Below are positions 49,350 through 61,139 of a DNA stretch of 64,000 nucleotides, piece by piece (positions within the stretch are counted from its first letter, which is position 1; each line of letters starts with the position of its first letter). Origin of the DNA: Lama guanicoe (taxonomy: Eukaryota). The notes below the pieces were generated by a model. The model was not told the DNA's origin, did not search any database, and was given only the letters and a program-made list of their open reading frames with translations. A program made the position numbers and the translations under genes. The DNA lies in assembly GCA_013239625.1 (NCBI GenBank), contig MU054220.1:2479374-2543373 (forward strand), read 5' to 3'.

Positions 49350-50220
49350 GGCCTCAGTACCAGAGACGAAGCGCGCTAAGCTGCCGGTGCCAGGGAATGA
49401 CCCCCACTCGGTGCCAGTGCCCGGACGCTGGGGGATGACCCTCACACGAGCCAATGCCAGAACAGCTCAGATCGCCGGTGCCCCAGGAGACCCCGCTCCG
49501 TGTCAGTACCGAGGTGGCCGAGGAATGCCTCCCGACGCCAGGCGCGGCATCCACCCGTGCCGCGGTGCCCACCCCGCCGCCGCCCCGCTCACCTGTGCCC
49601 GAAGAGCCGCAGCCCTGGGAAGCGCCGCTTGCTGAGACGCCGCGGAGCCTTGTCCGGCTCGGGACCGGTGTCGCGCTCGGAGCCGCTGGACGAGGCGGAG
49701 GCCGACTCGGAGTCACTGCTCCGGGCCTCGGGGCTGCCATCCCGCGGCTCCATCCGGCCCTAGCCCCGGCCGGCGCCGGGCCCGCGGGAGACGCCCATGC
49801 CGGGCCGGCGGCCGGGGCTCAGCACGCCGGCTCCGCGCCGCCCGCCGCGGCCATGGCGCGCACGCTCGCTCCGCCCGCCCCGCGCCGCGCGCCCCCGCGT
49901 CCCACGCCCAGGTGCTCGGGAAGCGGCCGCCGCCGCTCCAGGAAGTGCCGCCAGCCGCGGCCGCAGGACCCCGCATAGCTGGCCGGGCCGCTGCCTGCCC
50001 GCCGCCGAGCACGCCCCCTCCGCTGCGAGGTGGCACTGGCCCGCGGCGCCCTCTGTCGGCCACCGGCCCCGCCGCAACCTACCTCGGCCGCTCGCGGGGG
50101 CGGGGCCAAGAAGGGGCGGGGGTACCCTAGGCCCCGCCCACTCCCGGGCTGGTCCTCCCGGATCAGATAGACTCTCCGGCCTGACACACCCGCACTGCGC
50201 GAACCCCGACACACGCAATC
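49350..50220. promoter_or_regulatory. DGKZ: CpG island, main DGKZ promoter
   Basis: Extreme CpG density; GC boxes 50096-50140, GGAAGT motif about 49941. Confidence 0.85.
49593..49753 (-). CDS. DGKZ: DGKZ canonical first coding exon (928/929 aa isoform)
   Basis: [53 protein letters not shown]; 161 nt, donor CAG|GTGAGC; 161 + 2626 shared nt = 2787 nt = 928 aa + stop. Confidence 0.96.
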
Positions 50221-51824
50221 ATTTTTTCCCTTTCTTTTAGCCCCCTCTACCCCTACATGTACGAAACAGCCTACATGCTCACAAGTGAACAATCGCGAGG
50301 GCGGCTGTCACCACCTTCCCTCCCACATCTACAAGGAATAGACACCTCTCTCGCACACCCTGTGCCTGTCATAGCCATTCAAATCTCCACCACTACCCCC
50401 TTGGCTCTCCCAAATCACGCCCACGGAACTAAAAGTCACACAGTGCTCCCCATACACCCAGAACAAACCCGCCTCTCACACACAATTACGCTCATTTATT
50501 ACTCAAACTAACACTTCCCACCCCAGCCTCTCAGACTCAGAAATTTATACCAGGACCAAAGTCACTTAGTGACCCTGGCACACACCAACAACACATTTTT
50601 CTTACAAATTCATCTTTCCACAGCCATTCAAAGCTGTTTCTCTTTGGTACACTCCTGACTCATAGCACCTTCCCAGCACAATATCCAGCGGAACCTGTAG
50701 ATACCTTATACTACAGGAATCACTGCACAACTCTTACACACTCAAAAATACATACACATAAGGACCATACTCTCATTCACCAACACGTATGCCCTTAGAA
50801 AACATATACATCTTTTCCTGTGCACAGATATAACCCAGGCCAGCAGTTTCACGTTGGCACATCCCTCTTACACAATCACCTGCCCAGAAATACACCTCAC
50901 CGACACATACAAACACCCCCTCAAGGCCAGCAGAGGTTGTCCCCCTCTAGAGATGAGGAAAGCAATTGGATCCAGAGCAGTTGTCAGTGGTGGCACAGTC
51001 AGCACACATGCTTGGGAATCAGCAGCTTGGGGACAGCCTCTGATAGTCCCTGCAGGGCTGACAAAAGGAGGCCAGGAAGCTGGGGAGTATGGTCCTCTCC
51101 CTCCCAAATCCTGCCACCCTGATGCCCATATCAGCTGCCCGCTATTTCTGTTAGCGCTCCTCTCTGCGAAGCCACATCCTGTGTCACTTCACTTTCACCC
51201 TCTGGGGTTCTGGCAGCCTGTTCTCCAGCCTTAGCCAGCCACGTATAGCCAATGCTGGAAGTTGTGACATGTGGGCAAGCCTGCCGTTTCGAGAAATAGC
51301 CAGTGTCCACAAGCTCAGAACCTTCTCTCAGCTTCCTTCAGGTTTCCTCTGGGCCTGGAGAAAGTCTGACCAGGGGGGTGGGCACCAGCCCTCCCATCAG
51401 CCTCGAGTGCCCAGGTGGCAGTGAAATCCACAAGTGGGCCTGACAGTCTTCCTGGGGTGCACGGATCCTTTTGGGAAAGTTTCCCAACAGTTCTGACACC
51501 AGGTTCTGAGGGAGGAGACCAGAGGCAGCTAAAGACCCCACTGGGTCCAACACCAGACTTCCATGGGGGCTCCTCTTCCCAGATCTCCCTGCTATTAGCT
51601 CCGTCAACTCAGCAAGTCCAGCACCCCACATTGCCCCCCAGCACTTCAAACATCAGAGACCCTCTCACCCTGCCAGAAACCTCTTTGCCCTTTTCTGAGC
51701 CTCTGAAGAGCCACTGGACACAGGGAGGGGGTGACCCCACTTCTCCTACCCTCTCCATGCCAGATAAAAGACTCATAGATGGCAAGAGGTCCCTTGCCCA
51801 ATCCCGGGCCACCCAAGTACCTAC

Positions 51825-52000
51825 TGTGCCTGGGAGGCCTCAGCTGGGATCTGTGGCACATCCCAGGAACGGTAGCGCCACATCTGCCTCAGTGCCCCCG
51901 GCCGCTCCCCTTCTTCTGTCTCCAGAGCCTCCGCGGGGCCCAGAGCTGCAGCCTCATCGCAGCCTCCCCCGGCACTGTGGCCAGCCCCCAGTGCGCTCAT
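51825..52000 (-). CDS. DGKZ: DGKZ alternative first coding exon (about 933 aa isoform)
   Basis: MSALGAGHSAGGGCDEAAALGPAEALETEEGERPGALRQMWRYRSWDVPQIPAEASQA; 176 nt, phase 2, donor GTAGGT; resembles a known mammalian DGKZ N-terminus. Confidence 0.85.
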
Positions 52001-52734
52001 CCTGCCCAGCGACTCTCTTCCTCTTTCGGCACTTCCTGACCAGGGGGCCCTGCGAGAGGCCGGCTGGCTGCCCCCGGAGAGGACCACAGGGCTGGTAGGC
52101 GCCTTCCGCTGGCCGGGGCAGGAGGCTGGCTGGGAAGAGGAGCTGCCAGGAGGGCGAGAGGCAGGTGAGAACAAGCCCAGCCCAGCAGCCAGGAGATGAT
52201 ACCAAGTAAGAGACGGCTAGGCAGCCAGCAGGCCTGCCCAGGCTGGAATCCGAACCTCAACCTTGGCTCCCGTCTGGCCTTCCTCTCCACCTAACCACTC
52301 TGATCTCCACCTCTCCATCCTGTTGAGGTTTCCTACTTCATCCCAACCACCCGGGGCATTGGCGGGCAGCGCCCCGCCCACACACAGCTCTCTCTCCCCT
52401 CACCACACTATCTAACACAGGCTCAGGCACGTGGATAGTGGTGGACTGGAAAGAGTATCAGGATGGAGCTAGAAAATGTGGGCTCCCATACTGTTTCTGC
52501 CACTTACCAGTTGTCCATCCTGGATCAGGTCAGAGAGATTTACCTCTCCAGATCACCTGAAATCCTTTTTGGAATAAGGTAGGCTATAAAGAGATAAACT
52601 GATGAATACATGTGTCAGGGAGATTTCTGGAGCCTCAGTCTTCTCATTTGTCATATGGAAGGGGGCAATAGGAATAAATGAGCTCATGGAGTTTTATAGG
52701 GATTGAATAAGAGGTGAAAGGGTTTATAAATTAA

Positions 52735-53270
52735 TTCAGTCAATAAATATTTACTGAGTGCCTTCTTCTTTTTTTCTAATTGAGGTACTGGGGATTGAAC
52801 CCAGGACCTTGTGCATGCCAAGCATGCGCTCTACCAATGAACTCTACCCCACCAACCTCACTGAGTATCTTCTATGCATCAGGCACTGTATCAGACTATA
52901 TAGGTGTATGAAAGGAGCCAGGGCTCTAACCTCATATTGCTTAGTGGGGAAGACAGTTAGGAAACAAATAATCAATATATGAAATAATGTCAGGTAATGA
53001 GATGAGATGGGCTATAGAGAAAAGTGAATCCAACCACAAGGGGGAAGAGAATGATGATGGCAGTGCTACTTAAGGAGGGGGCTTGGAGAAAGCCTCTCTG
53101 AGGAGGTAATGTTTAAGAACAGACCTGAGTGGATCAAGAGAGCAAACTACGTGAGTATCTGGGAGAACAGCAGTTGAAGTGGAAGGAACAGAAAGAGCAA
53201 AGCCCTCTGAGTAGGAATGTACTTGATGTGTCTCAGGAATATCGAAAAAGGCCACACTGGGCTGAACTTG
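52735..53270 (-). mobile_element. L2 fragment interrupted by the 52.8 kb SINE
   Basis: CAATAAATATTTACTGAGT...CAGGCACTGT...AAAGCCTCTCTGAGGAGGTAATGTTTAAG. Confidence 0.7.
52767..52859 (-). mobile_element. tRNA-derived SINE (camelid Vic-1-like) inserted in an L2
   Basis: Minus strand GGGGTAGAGTTCATTGGTAGAGCGCATGCTTGGCATGCACAAGGTCCTGGGTTCAATCCCCAGTACCTC plus A-rich tail; Pol III A/B boxes; imperfect TSD ACTGAGTGCCTTCT (52753) / ACTGAGTATCTTCT (52860). Confidence 0.85.
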
Positions 53271-53639
53271 GAGGCCATCGTGAGGATTTGGTACATACAC
53301 AGTAAGGTAGACACTTTTTATTGTTAGGATTGGTTCTGGGATGGAAATTGTACCTTCCTCAAGCACTCTTCAATCACACTGCTCTATAATTACTTCTTTA
53401 GCACTCTACGTGTTTGTTACCCTAGAAAGGCTGTAAATTTCTTGAGGACAGAAAAGGTGTCAGTTAAGTTCAGTTCAATAAACATTTCCACGACAGAACC
53501 TGCAGACCCTGAGATGTACACAATGCCATCCCAGCCCTTAGAAACCTCCATCTGGTACTTTGTGTCCCTTGTGGCTGAAACATAATATTTCTCAGTAAAC
53601 ATTTGCTTAATAAATCGTGCTATGTTATGAATAATTAAT

Positions 53640-53850
53640 ACTTAGTAACAGTGAAACAACAGCTAATATTTCTTGGACATTTCTGTGCCAGGAACCTTCA
53701 TGAATCCTTGTCACACCTCTGTGAGGTAGATCTTGTTATTTTCCTCCTTTTACAGATGGGGAAACTGAGGCACAGAGCGGCCAAGTTCATTTGTCCAAGG
53801 TCACCCAGCCTATAAGTGGGGAAGTAAGAATTTCACCCCAGAGTCTGTGC
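53640..53850 (-). mobile_element. MIR SINE
   Basis: TTTTACAGATGGGGAAACTGAGGCACAGAG...CCAAGGTCACCCAGC. Confidence 0.8.
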
Positions 53851-56800
53851 CCCTAAATAAGACATCCCATTGCCATTCTAGGATTGGGGATATAGCCAGG
53901 TGATGCCACTGAGGCTTGACATCCCCTTTCCCAGGGGCTCTCCCTCCAGTCCATCATCAAGGCAGATCCTGTATGCTGTGGCCTAGCAGAGACTCTGCCA
54001 GCCAGGCCAAGGCCTCTTCTAGAAGGAGGCTGTTGCAGGGCCCTGTCCTCCTCTCCCAGGGATTCTGCAAGAAGCTTGAACAGTTAAACAGAGGAAATGG
54101 GGCTGGGCTTGTTTTTGAGCTGAGGCTTCTGGCAGCTCTGGAGCAGCTGAGAGCAGGAAATGTGGCTCCTGGAGGGGAAGCCAGGCAGGCTGGAGGCTCT
54201 GAGAGGCAGAGCAGTCCTGACTGTGGGACCATGATCCCCTTGGGCTTGTACTCATGGAAGCTGTCAGTACTTGGCAGGTGGGATGGGGAGGTCAAGGCCA
54301 GAAGGGACAGGTGCACAGGGCTGGGGAGGATGTCCTTGGCAGTTCCTAGGACAACATGTACCAGCATTGGGGAGTTGGGGACCCCTCAGAATCCAACCAG
54401 ATACGAACAGGAAGAGGAATCTGGGTAAGAAAATTATTCTGGGCTTTGTTGATGCCCCAGAGGGTGAGGTGTTCTACTTTCTGTGGCCTGGATGAGAAGT
54501 GGGAGCTGGGGAAAAGAAATGTACCAGGGCACCACTCAACCCATGATCTGGACAGCCTCTGCTCTCAAAACCAGCTAAGCCAACCTCCTTGACCTGACCT
54601 TCAAGGCTCTTTACGCTCTGTTCTTTTCTTTTCTGCCTCTTTGTCTAAGCTTTCCCCGCAGAGATTTCCTCTCAGCTCACACCATGCTGGTGCCTGCCTC
54701 ACAGTAAGTACTCAATAAACATTTCTTCCCTCTTTTTTCACACTTCCTTTAACATGCTGCCCTTCTGCTTATGCTGCTCTCCTTGGCCTATCTGCCCATA
54801 AAGTTTGGCCAATCAACATCTCCATCCATCAAAACCTCAGCCCAAAAGGCAAAAGTGAGAAGGTGGAAAGAGTTGGTTCAAACTCCAGCCCTTGCTGTAT
54901 GATGCTAGGGAAGTTACTTAACATCTCTGGGTTGCATCAGATGATTTCTAAGATCATGTCCAGCTCAGGCTGTTTCATTTGAATCTCCTTCCCTGATCTC
55001 TAAGTTTTCACTTATTCATTCATTCATATTATACATATTTTATAAATATCTACTAAGTGTCAAATGCTGCTCCAGAGACATTCCCACCCCATTTATGTAT
55101 CTCTGACACTCACCTTTCTTCCCCTAAATATTCCTCTCTCATGTGATCTTTTGTGCATATTAGTTTTGTCTCCTTATGAGATTCTTGGACCCAGTGTTGC
55201 TCCTAGCTCCGTGCTGGGTGCACAGTATGTGTGCAGTAACTTCCTTTGGAAGTTGAAATGAGCTGAATATAGGTGTCCAATAAGCTGAGCAGAGGGAGGG
55301 AAACTGGCTTCCTGTCTGCATAAGTGGTTGTGGTGAGACTTGGGAGGGGTTTGGAGCCCATGTCCCTTACCAGCAGCTAAGCCTATGATCCAGGTACCTG
55401 CTGAACCCTTGGGAGCAACCTAAAGCCCAAGACTATCTGCTGAGCTTGGCCCCCTGCCCAGGTGCTGGGCTTCTGCCCCCACAGGGAGACAGATGCACCT
55501 GAGCTGGGCTGCAGGTGCCGCTGGCTAATGACAGATGGAAATCTGATTAGGTTCCTTCTGGGTAGCCTCATTAAAATCAGGTATGGATCTGGAGGAGGGG
55601 CTGGGGACCCTTTCCCTCTGTGAGTATAGCACTGGCAGCTCCGCGGTCAAGGGTGGTCCCTCAAACCATGATCTCTCTTGGAAACTGTCCTTTGGCACCT
55701 CCCAGATCCCCAGGCTGGAGGTGAGTGGAGCCTAGTGGCTCTCCCCTGACTTTAGGTCATCTGGATCTACCCTGGGGATCTTCCTTCAGCTCTGACTTGG
55801 CTATAGCACCAAGCTCCAAGGGCAAAATTAGTAGGCGTCCTGCCCTTCAAGCCTCCCATCCCCATCTGTTGGATCATAAGCCCTGACTGCAGAACCACAT
55901 TTCAGCCTCCACACTCCCTCCCGTTACCCCTCCCAGAGATACGCGCACTTAGTATAGAGCCAAAAGAAAAGATTCTTAAGGGTGAACATCCAGAACCTTG
56001 GAAGCCTGACAAAGGGCCTCGGAGTGAAACCCATCTGGGTCTGGATCCTGGCTGTACTGGTTACTGGCTGTGGGATCTTAGCAAATTGCTTAACTCCTCT
56101 GAGGCTTAGTTTCTCATCTGTAGGATGCAGCCCAGTGGTCCTCAAATCACCAGCTACTCTATGAATCCTGCTTAGTCTTTCTTCTCCAAACATCTATAGG
56201 CCAAGAGCACTGCTCAAAGACAGTGGAGCCCAGCAGAAGCTGAATCTGGTCCCAATGGCTTCCCTACCCACTTTGTGCACCCTTGAAGACAGCTCCTCCC
56301 AAGCCTGTGCCAACCCTTGTCCTCAGGACCTGGAGACTTGAGGGGCTTCCCTGAATGCTCTGCTCTGCAATTGCACCAACTGAAGCAAAAATGAGACTCC
56401 AACCCAGGCTTCCTGATTCCCTTTCAGCAGCACAGCAGAGAAGAACCTGTTAAAATGCCTTTGCTGGAACTGGTCCCTCCAGCTCCCCTCTAAAAGGCTT
56501 AGATGGCTTGTGCCCCCGGTGAGGGGAATGGGGGGCATAAGATGCTGAGAGGGGGCTGTCCCAAGCACCTTGGGCCAAAATAGGGTCAGATAAGGCCCCT
56601 TCACAAGCCTGGCCCCACCTCTGGGCATAGCCATCCACGGCCTTTGACTCACTAGTCAGCAAGAACCTTGGGTCCCTGAGGGGAGGAAGGAGTTCCGGGC
56701 TTGGCCTGGGCCTCCGCCCTTCCCAAAGGAAGGAAAATGATAGACCCCCAGCTTCCGGCTTCCTCTGGCAGCGGGCCCCCTCCTTCAGCTCCAGCTCAGT

Positions 56801-57578
56801 TCTCTGCCCCCGGTTTTTGCATTTTTAATTCAGGACAGAATGTGATCTCTTGCAGCTCCTTGCTTTATCCTGTTGCTATTTAAATTACAAATCGGCCCCA
56901 TCTCCCTGTCACTCTTGGGTTATTTTTAGCTTCTGGTAAATAGCAGCAGGGAGAGTCAGATCAGGTGCCCCTCCCTCAAGGAGCTTTGTACCCACAGTCC
57001 CATGCCCACAGCAGGGGGCACCCTCCCCTGCCAGCGGGCACCCCCAGTTGCTTCCCCCAGCCCCCGCTGTGGGGGTGGAGGGGGAAGGGAGAGGACTACA
57101 GTCCGGGACACGCACATGTGACCAGCCCTTGCCCTTAGTCTTTGTTAAACTCTGCCAGCCCCAGGTCTCACCACCCTTCCATGGCTCAGAGCCAACCTCC
57201 TTCCTAGATAACCACCGCCCACCCCCTCCAACCCACAAGGAGGGCCAGCTACAGAGGGCAGAGGATTTTCTGACTTCTGTCTCACCTCTGCTATAAGTCA
57301 GGAGCTTTACATCTCTTACCTTCTTCCATCTTCCCAGCTACCCTCTCGTGCAGGTATTACTGTTCCCATTTTCCATGGGGGGAACGGGGTCAGAGGTGAA
57401 AGTGACTTACCTAGCCAGGAAGGAACAGAGCTGGAACTCGAACCCAGGTCTCTCTGACCCTGAAGACGTAATGTACGTGCATCGCACTGCCTCTCTCAGT
57501 GTAATGCATGTGCTACTCTGCCCAATGCCCACCATCGGCTGTCTTTCCCATGTGCTTATCCAATCCCATATGCTGGAT

Positions 57579-57888
57579 CAGGGGTTGGCAAACTGTGGCC
57601 AATGGGCCACATCCAGCCTGCCGCCTGATTTTGTATGGTCCTGAGCTGAGAATGGTCTTTACAACTTTAAATGGTTGGAAAAAAAGCAAAAGAATAATAT
57701 TTGTGACAGTGGAAATGATATGAAATTTAAAGTTCAGTGTCTATAAATAAAATTTTACTGGAATCCAGTCATGCTCACTGGTTTCCTTATTGTCTACGGC
57801 TGGTTTTGTGCTACGATAGCGAAGCAGAGTGACAGGGACTATGTGATCTGCAAAGCTGAAAATATTTACAGCCTGGCCCTGTACTGAA
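57579..57888. mobile_element. MER58B-like hAT-Charlie element
   Basis: CAGGGGTTGGCAAACTGTGGCC...CCAGCCTGCCGCCTGATTTTGTATGG...AATAAAATTTTACTGGAA...GCAAAGCTGAAAATATTTAC. Confidence 0.8.
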
Positions 57889-58107
57889 TCATACTTTTGT
57901 CAAGGGAAGGACCATATCCTACACTTCCACCTCCTACAGTGCCTGGCCCAGGATCAGAGATCCAGGCACAGATGCTGGTCCTCTTTCAAGGTCCTTCTGA
58001 GGTCACAATGGCACTCGGTACAGGGAAGCCCCCTGCCAGTCACACCCAATAATCCACCACACATTTTACCCTTTCTCTCGTCCCTCCAGCATCTTCACAG
58101 GTGAAGC

Positions 58108-58268
58108 TAATGGTTTCCAAACCTACTTGACTATCAAAGTTACCTGGGGGAGGTTTTTAAAGTTGAGATGCTCAGGCCCTCCTGATCTCTGTATCAGGAT
58201 CCCCAGGGATAGGGCTTTAGAAATTATTTGAAAAGAGATCCTCATCAGATCTGGTTTGGGAACCACTG
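58108..58268. mobile_element. MER5-like hAT-Charlie MITE
   Basis: Inverted ends TGGTTTCCAAAC ... GTTTGGGAACCACTG. Confidence 0.65.
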
Positions 58269-60446
58269 GGCTTAGTTCCAGAGGTCCAGGTTCTGCATCT
58301 TCTGCCTGGTCCTTTCAGACCAAACTCAATGTCTCTTGCACCCCTGGCTTCTCCCGGCCGGAGGCTGCCCTCCAATGGTCTCTTGAGCCCAACCCTGGGC
58401 AATTAGGACTTCCTTGATTGTATGGGAGTTTTCCTCTTGCCCAGATGCAGACATGAGATGTCCTCCTCTCTCCCTCCCCTGCGAGAGTTTCTACTGGTAC
58501 AAACCTGCCGTCTCTCCATCCACCTATAGCAGCTGCCAGGGCTTCTTCGAGCCCACACTGGGGCTGGAGGGTGAAGGGAACCCCACATTCCTAAAAGCTT
58601 CTACTGTCCTGCTGAAAACCCTCGTCCTCACTTACGTCAGAGGCAGCCAGGCCCCAATCCCCCTTCCGCTCCCATCCCTCGCCCTCAGATATTTTTGCCC
58701 CCGCATTTCTGTCTAAAAGCCTTTTCTCTCTGAAGGGCTTTCAACTGCTTTTCTTAGCAACTCCTCACAGCAGGGTGGGAGGTTTAGCTGCAAGCCAGAG
58801 CTGCATGGAACTGTAGCAGGCGGAGGATGTGGAAAGGGCCACCATGAGCCTGGGCTCTTGCCAGCCCCCAGCGGCCTGTACAATTAAGAGTGGCATCAGT
58901 CACCAGGCCGCTAAGGGCTGTAGCCACACGGGAGGGCTGAGTCTTTCCACTGGGGTTCCCTAGGCAGCCCAGGGCTCTGTCTCTTTCCCAGGGCTTCCTC
59001 CACCCTCTACCTTGATGCTCTGTCCTGCTCTGGTCCTAAGACTGGGCTCCTGGCCTCACCACAGGGTGTGAGGAGGTGCTTTGCTTAATCTGTCCAGGGG
59101 TGACAGCTGGAACCAGTCCTGGTGCTGTCCTCTGCAGGCCTCACAGGGTGACCCGGAAGTCTTCTAATGCCTTCACAGCCAGAGAGGAGCCACAGCTTGG
59201 TGACCCTGCATCCTTAGTGACTGGAGGCCTCAAGTTTGGGCAGTGACAGGCCCTCCATTCATGGACCACCCCAGGGGAATCCCAACCCTGGGGGCTGCCT
59301 CTGAGTGTATGTGTGTGTGTATGTGCGTGTGCACGTGAGCACACCTAGGCAGCATCTTCCATTTCTTGGCTCTTTGGTTAATCCCTGCCCTCATTCCTCT
59401 AAGTCTCTGCCCTACTCTGGCTCCCTTTTCAGCTCCAGAAGCTGTTTGTCGCTGATCCACAGCTAAGGAAAATCTTGGGTCACTCTCTTAGGTCACTGGT
59501 TGAAGAACTGAGGCCCAGAGAGAGCATGACTGTCTAGCTCAAGGACACACAAGTCATTGACAGAAGTCAGAATACAAGCCAGGTCTCCTGACTCCCAGAC
59601 TAATATTTCTTCCATTCTATGCCCCATCACGCATCAGTCCCTTTACTCTCTCCTCCCGCAAGGGACATTCAGGGGCTCTTCTCTCTGCAGCTAGGGGACA
59701 GATGATGCACTCCTCTCAGCACAGTGTTCTAGAAGGACTCAATAATGGGGCCCAGTGTACTCCTGATTTCTTATAGATTCCAGACAGTGAAGGTGGGGCC
59801 CACGGGAACCTAACCTCCTGCCCACTTATTCCGAGCATCTCACTTCATGATGGTGGAAAAAATCCTATTACCTGCTCTCTCATCTCCCCCCAGGTGATGG
59901 AGGCCTAATGGCCTCATAATCATTAAGGCTACTGGGGCCCTTCAAACTCCAAGGGCTGGGGCAGTTTTATGAAACACCTTCCTAGAAGCCCCAGGAGAAA
60001 CAGGGCAGCCTCAGACATACCCCATGTCCTTGGGGTTATAAACAGATAGGAAACTTGTCCTCTCCAACCAGGCTGCTGGCTTCAAGGACTGCAGGTGCCT
60101 CAATGTCCCTGCTGGACCCTCCAATGACAGGCACTCTGGGCCAGGAGCTCTAGAGGGGCACCAAGTCCAAGTTGAGGCTGTGGTCTGGGAGAGGAAGAAG
60201 ATGGTAAGGGTTTCCCCTGCCCTGCCTCCAGCCCTGCCTCCAGTCCCTCCGCAGATCCCTCCTCTGTGTAACTTACCCACACTTACTTGAGGGGCAGCCC
60301 TCCCCCACCCCACCCCAAATTATAAAAGTGGAACCTGGGGCCCACTCCAGCTGAGTCCTCCATGGAATCCTCTGGGCACAGGTGGTAGGACCAGGTAGGC
60401 TGGGGTTCTTCCACAGGCAGAAGACATTTAAGAAGATTCAGGTGGG

Positions 60447-60568
60447 GGGAGGAGTATATAGAGTACATGTTTAGCATGCATGAGGTCCCTGGTTCAATCC
60501 CCAGTACCTCCTTCACAAATAAATAAACCTAATTACCTACCCCCTCCCAATTTTTTTTTTTTAAAAAG
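60447..60568 (+). mobile_element. tRNA-derived SINE (camelid Vic-1-like) with A-box deletion
   Basis: TTAGCATGCATGAGGTCCCTGGTTCAATCCCCAGTACCTCC...AAATAAATAAACCTAATTACC; perfect 15-bp TSD GAAGATTCAGGTGGG at 60432 and 60569. Confidence 0.88.
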
Positions 60569-61139
60569 GAAGATTCAGGTGGGAGTGAGAGGTTGTCTGC
60601 CACTGGGATGCCAGTGAGGGTCTGGTTGGGCAGAGGGGTCCAGGAGGGGATTCCTTCCCCATCACTAGGCAGCAGGGTCTCAGCCATGGTGGCAGGGAGC
60701 ACCATCTCAGTCCTTCCCACAGGCTGGTGCCTAGCACAGGGTCAGCCCACAGGAAAGCTTGAGTATGGCCTATTGAATGAATGGCGGCGGCAGGGGGAGG
60801 GGGTCCTCTTTCTCCCCCAGAAGAAGGGCCAGGAACATCTCCTGGCTCTCCCCAGCAGACAGAGGTCTGTAAGGATCATGTCTTGGTTATTTTTCTCCCT
60901 TGTGCCCAGTACAGTGCCTGGTATGCAGTTGGCATCAGTAATTCCAAGTTGAATGAACAGGGCTTTCACTGTTCATTAGAGAAGGGGTCCCAGAAGTGTG
61001 TCCTTTGGACACATAGAGCAGAGACCCCTTGGTGGTCATTTCTGAATCCCTAGGGCCTAGAGCAGTGACAGGCAAGCTGCAGGTGCCCAATGAATGTTGA
61101 CTGGAAAGGGAGGTGGTGTCAAGAGCTGAGCTTCCCTCT

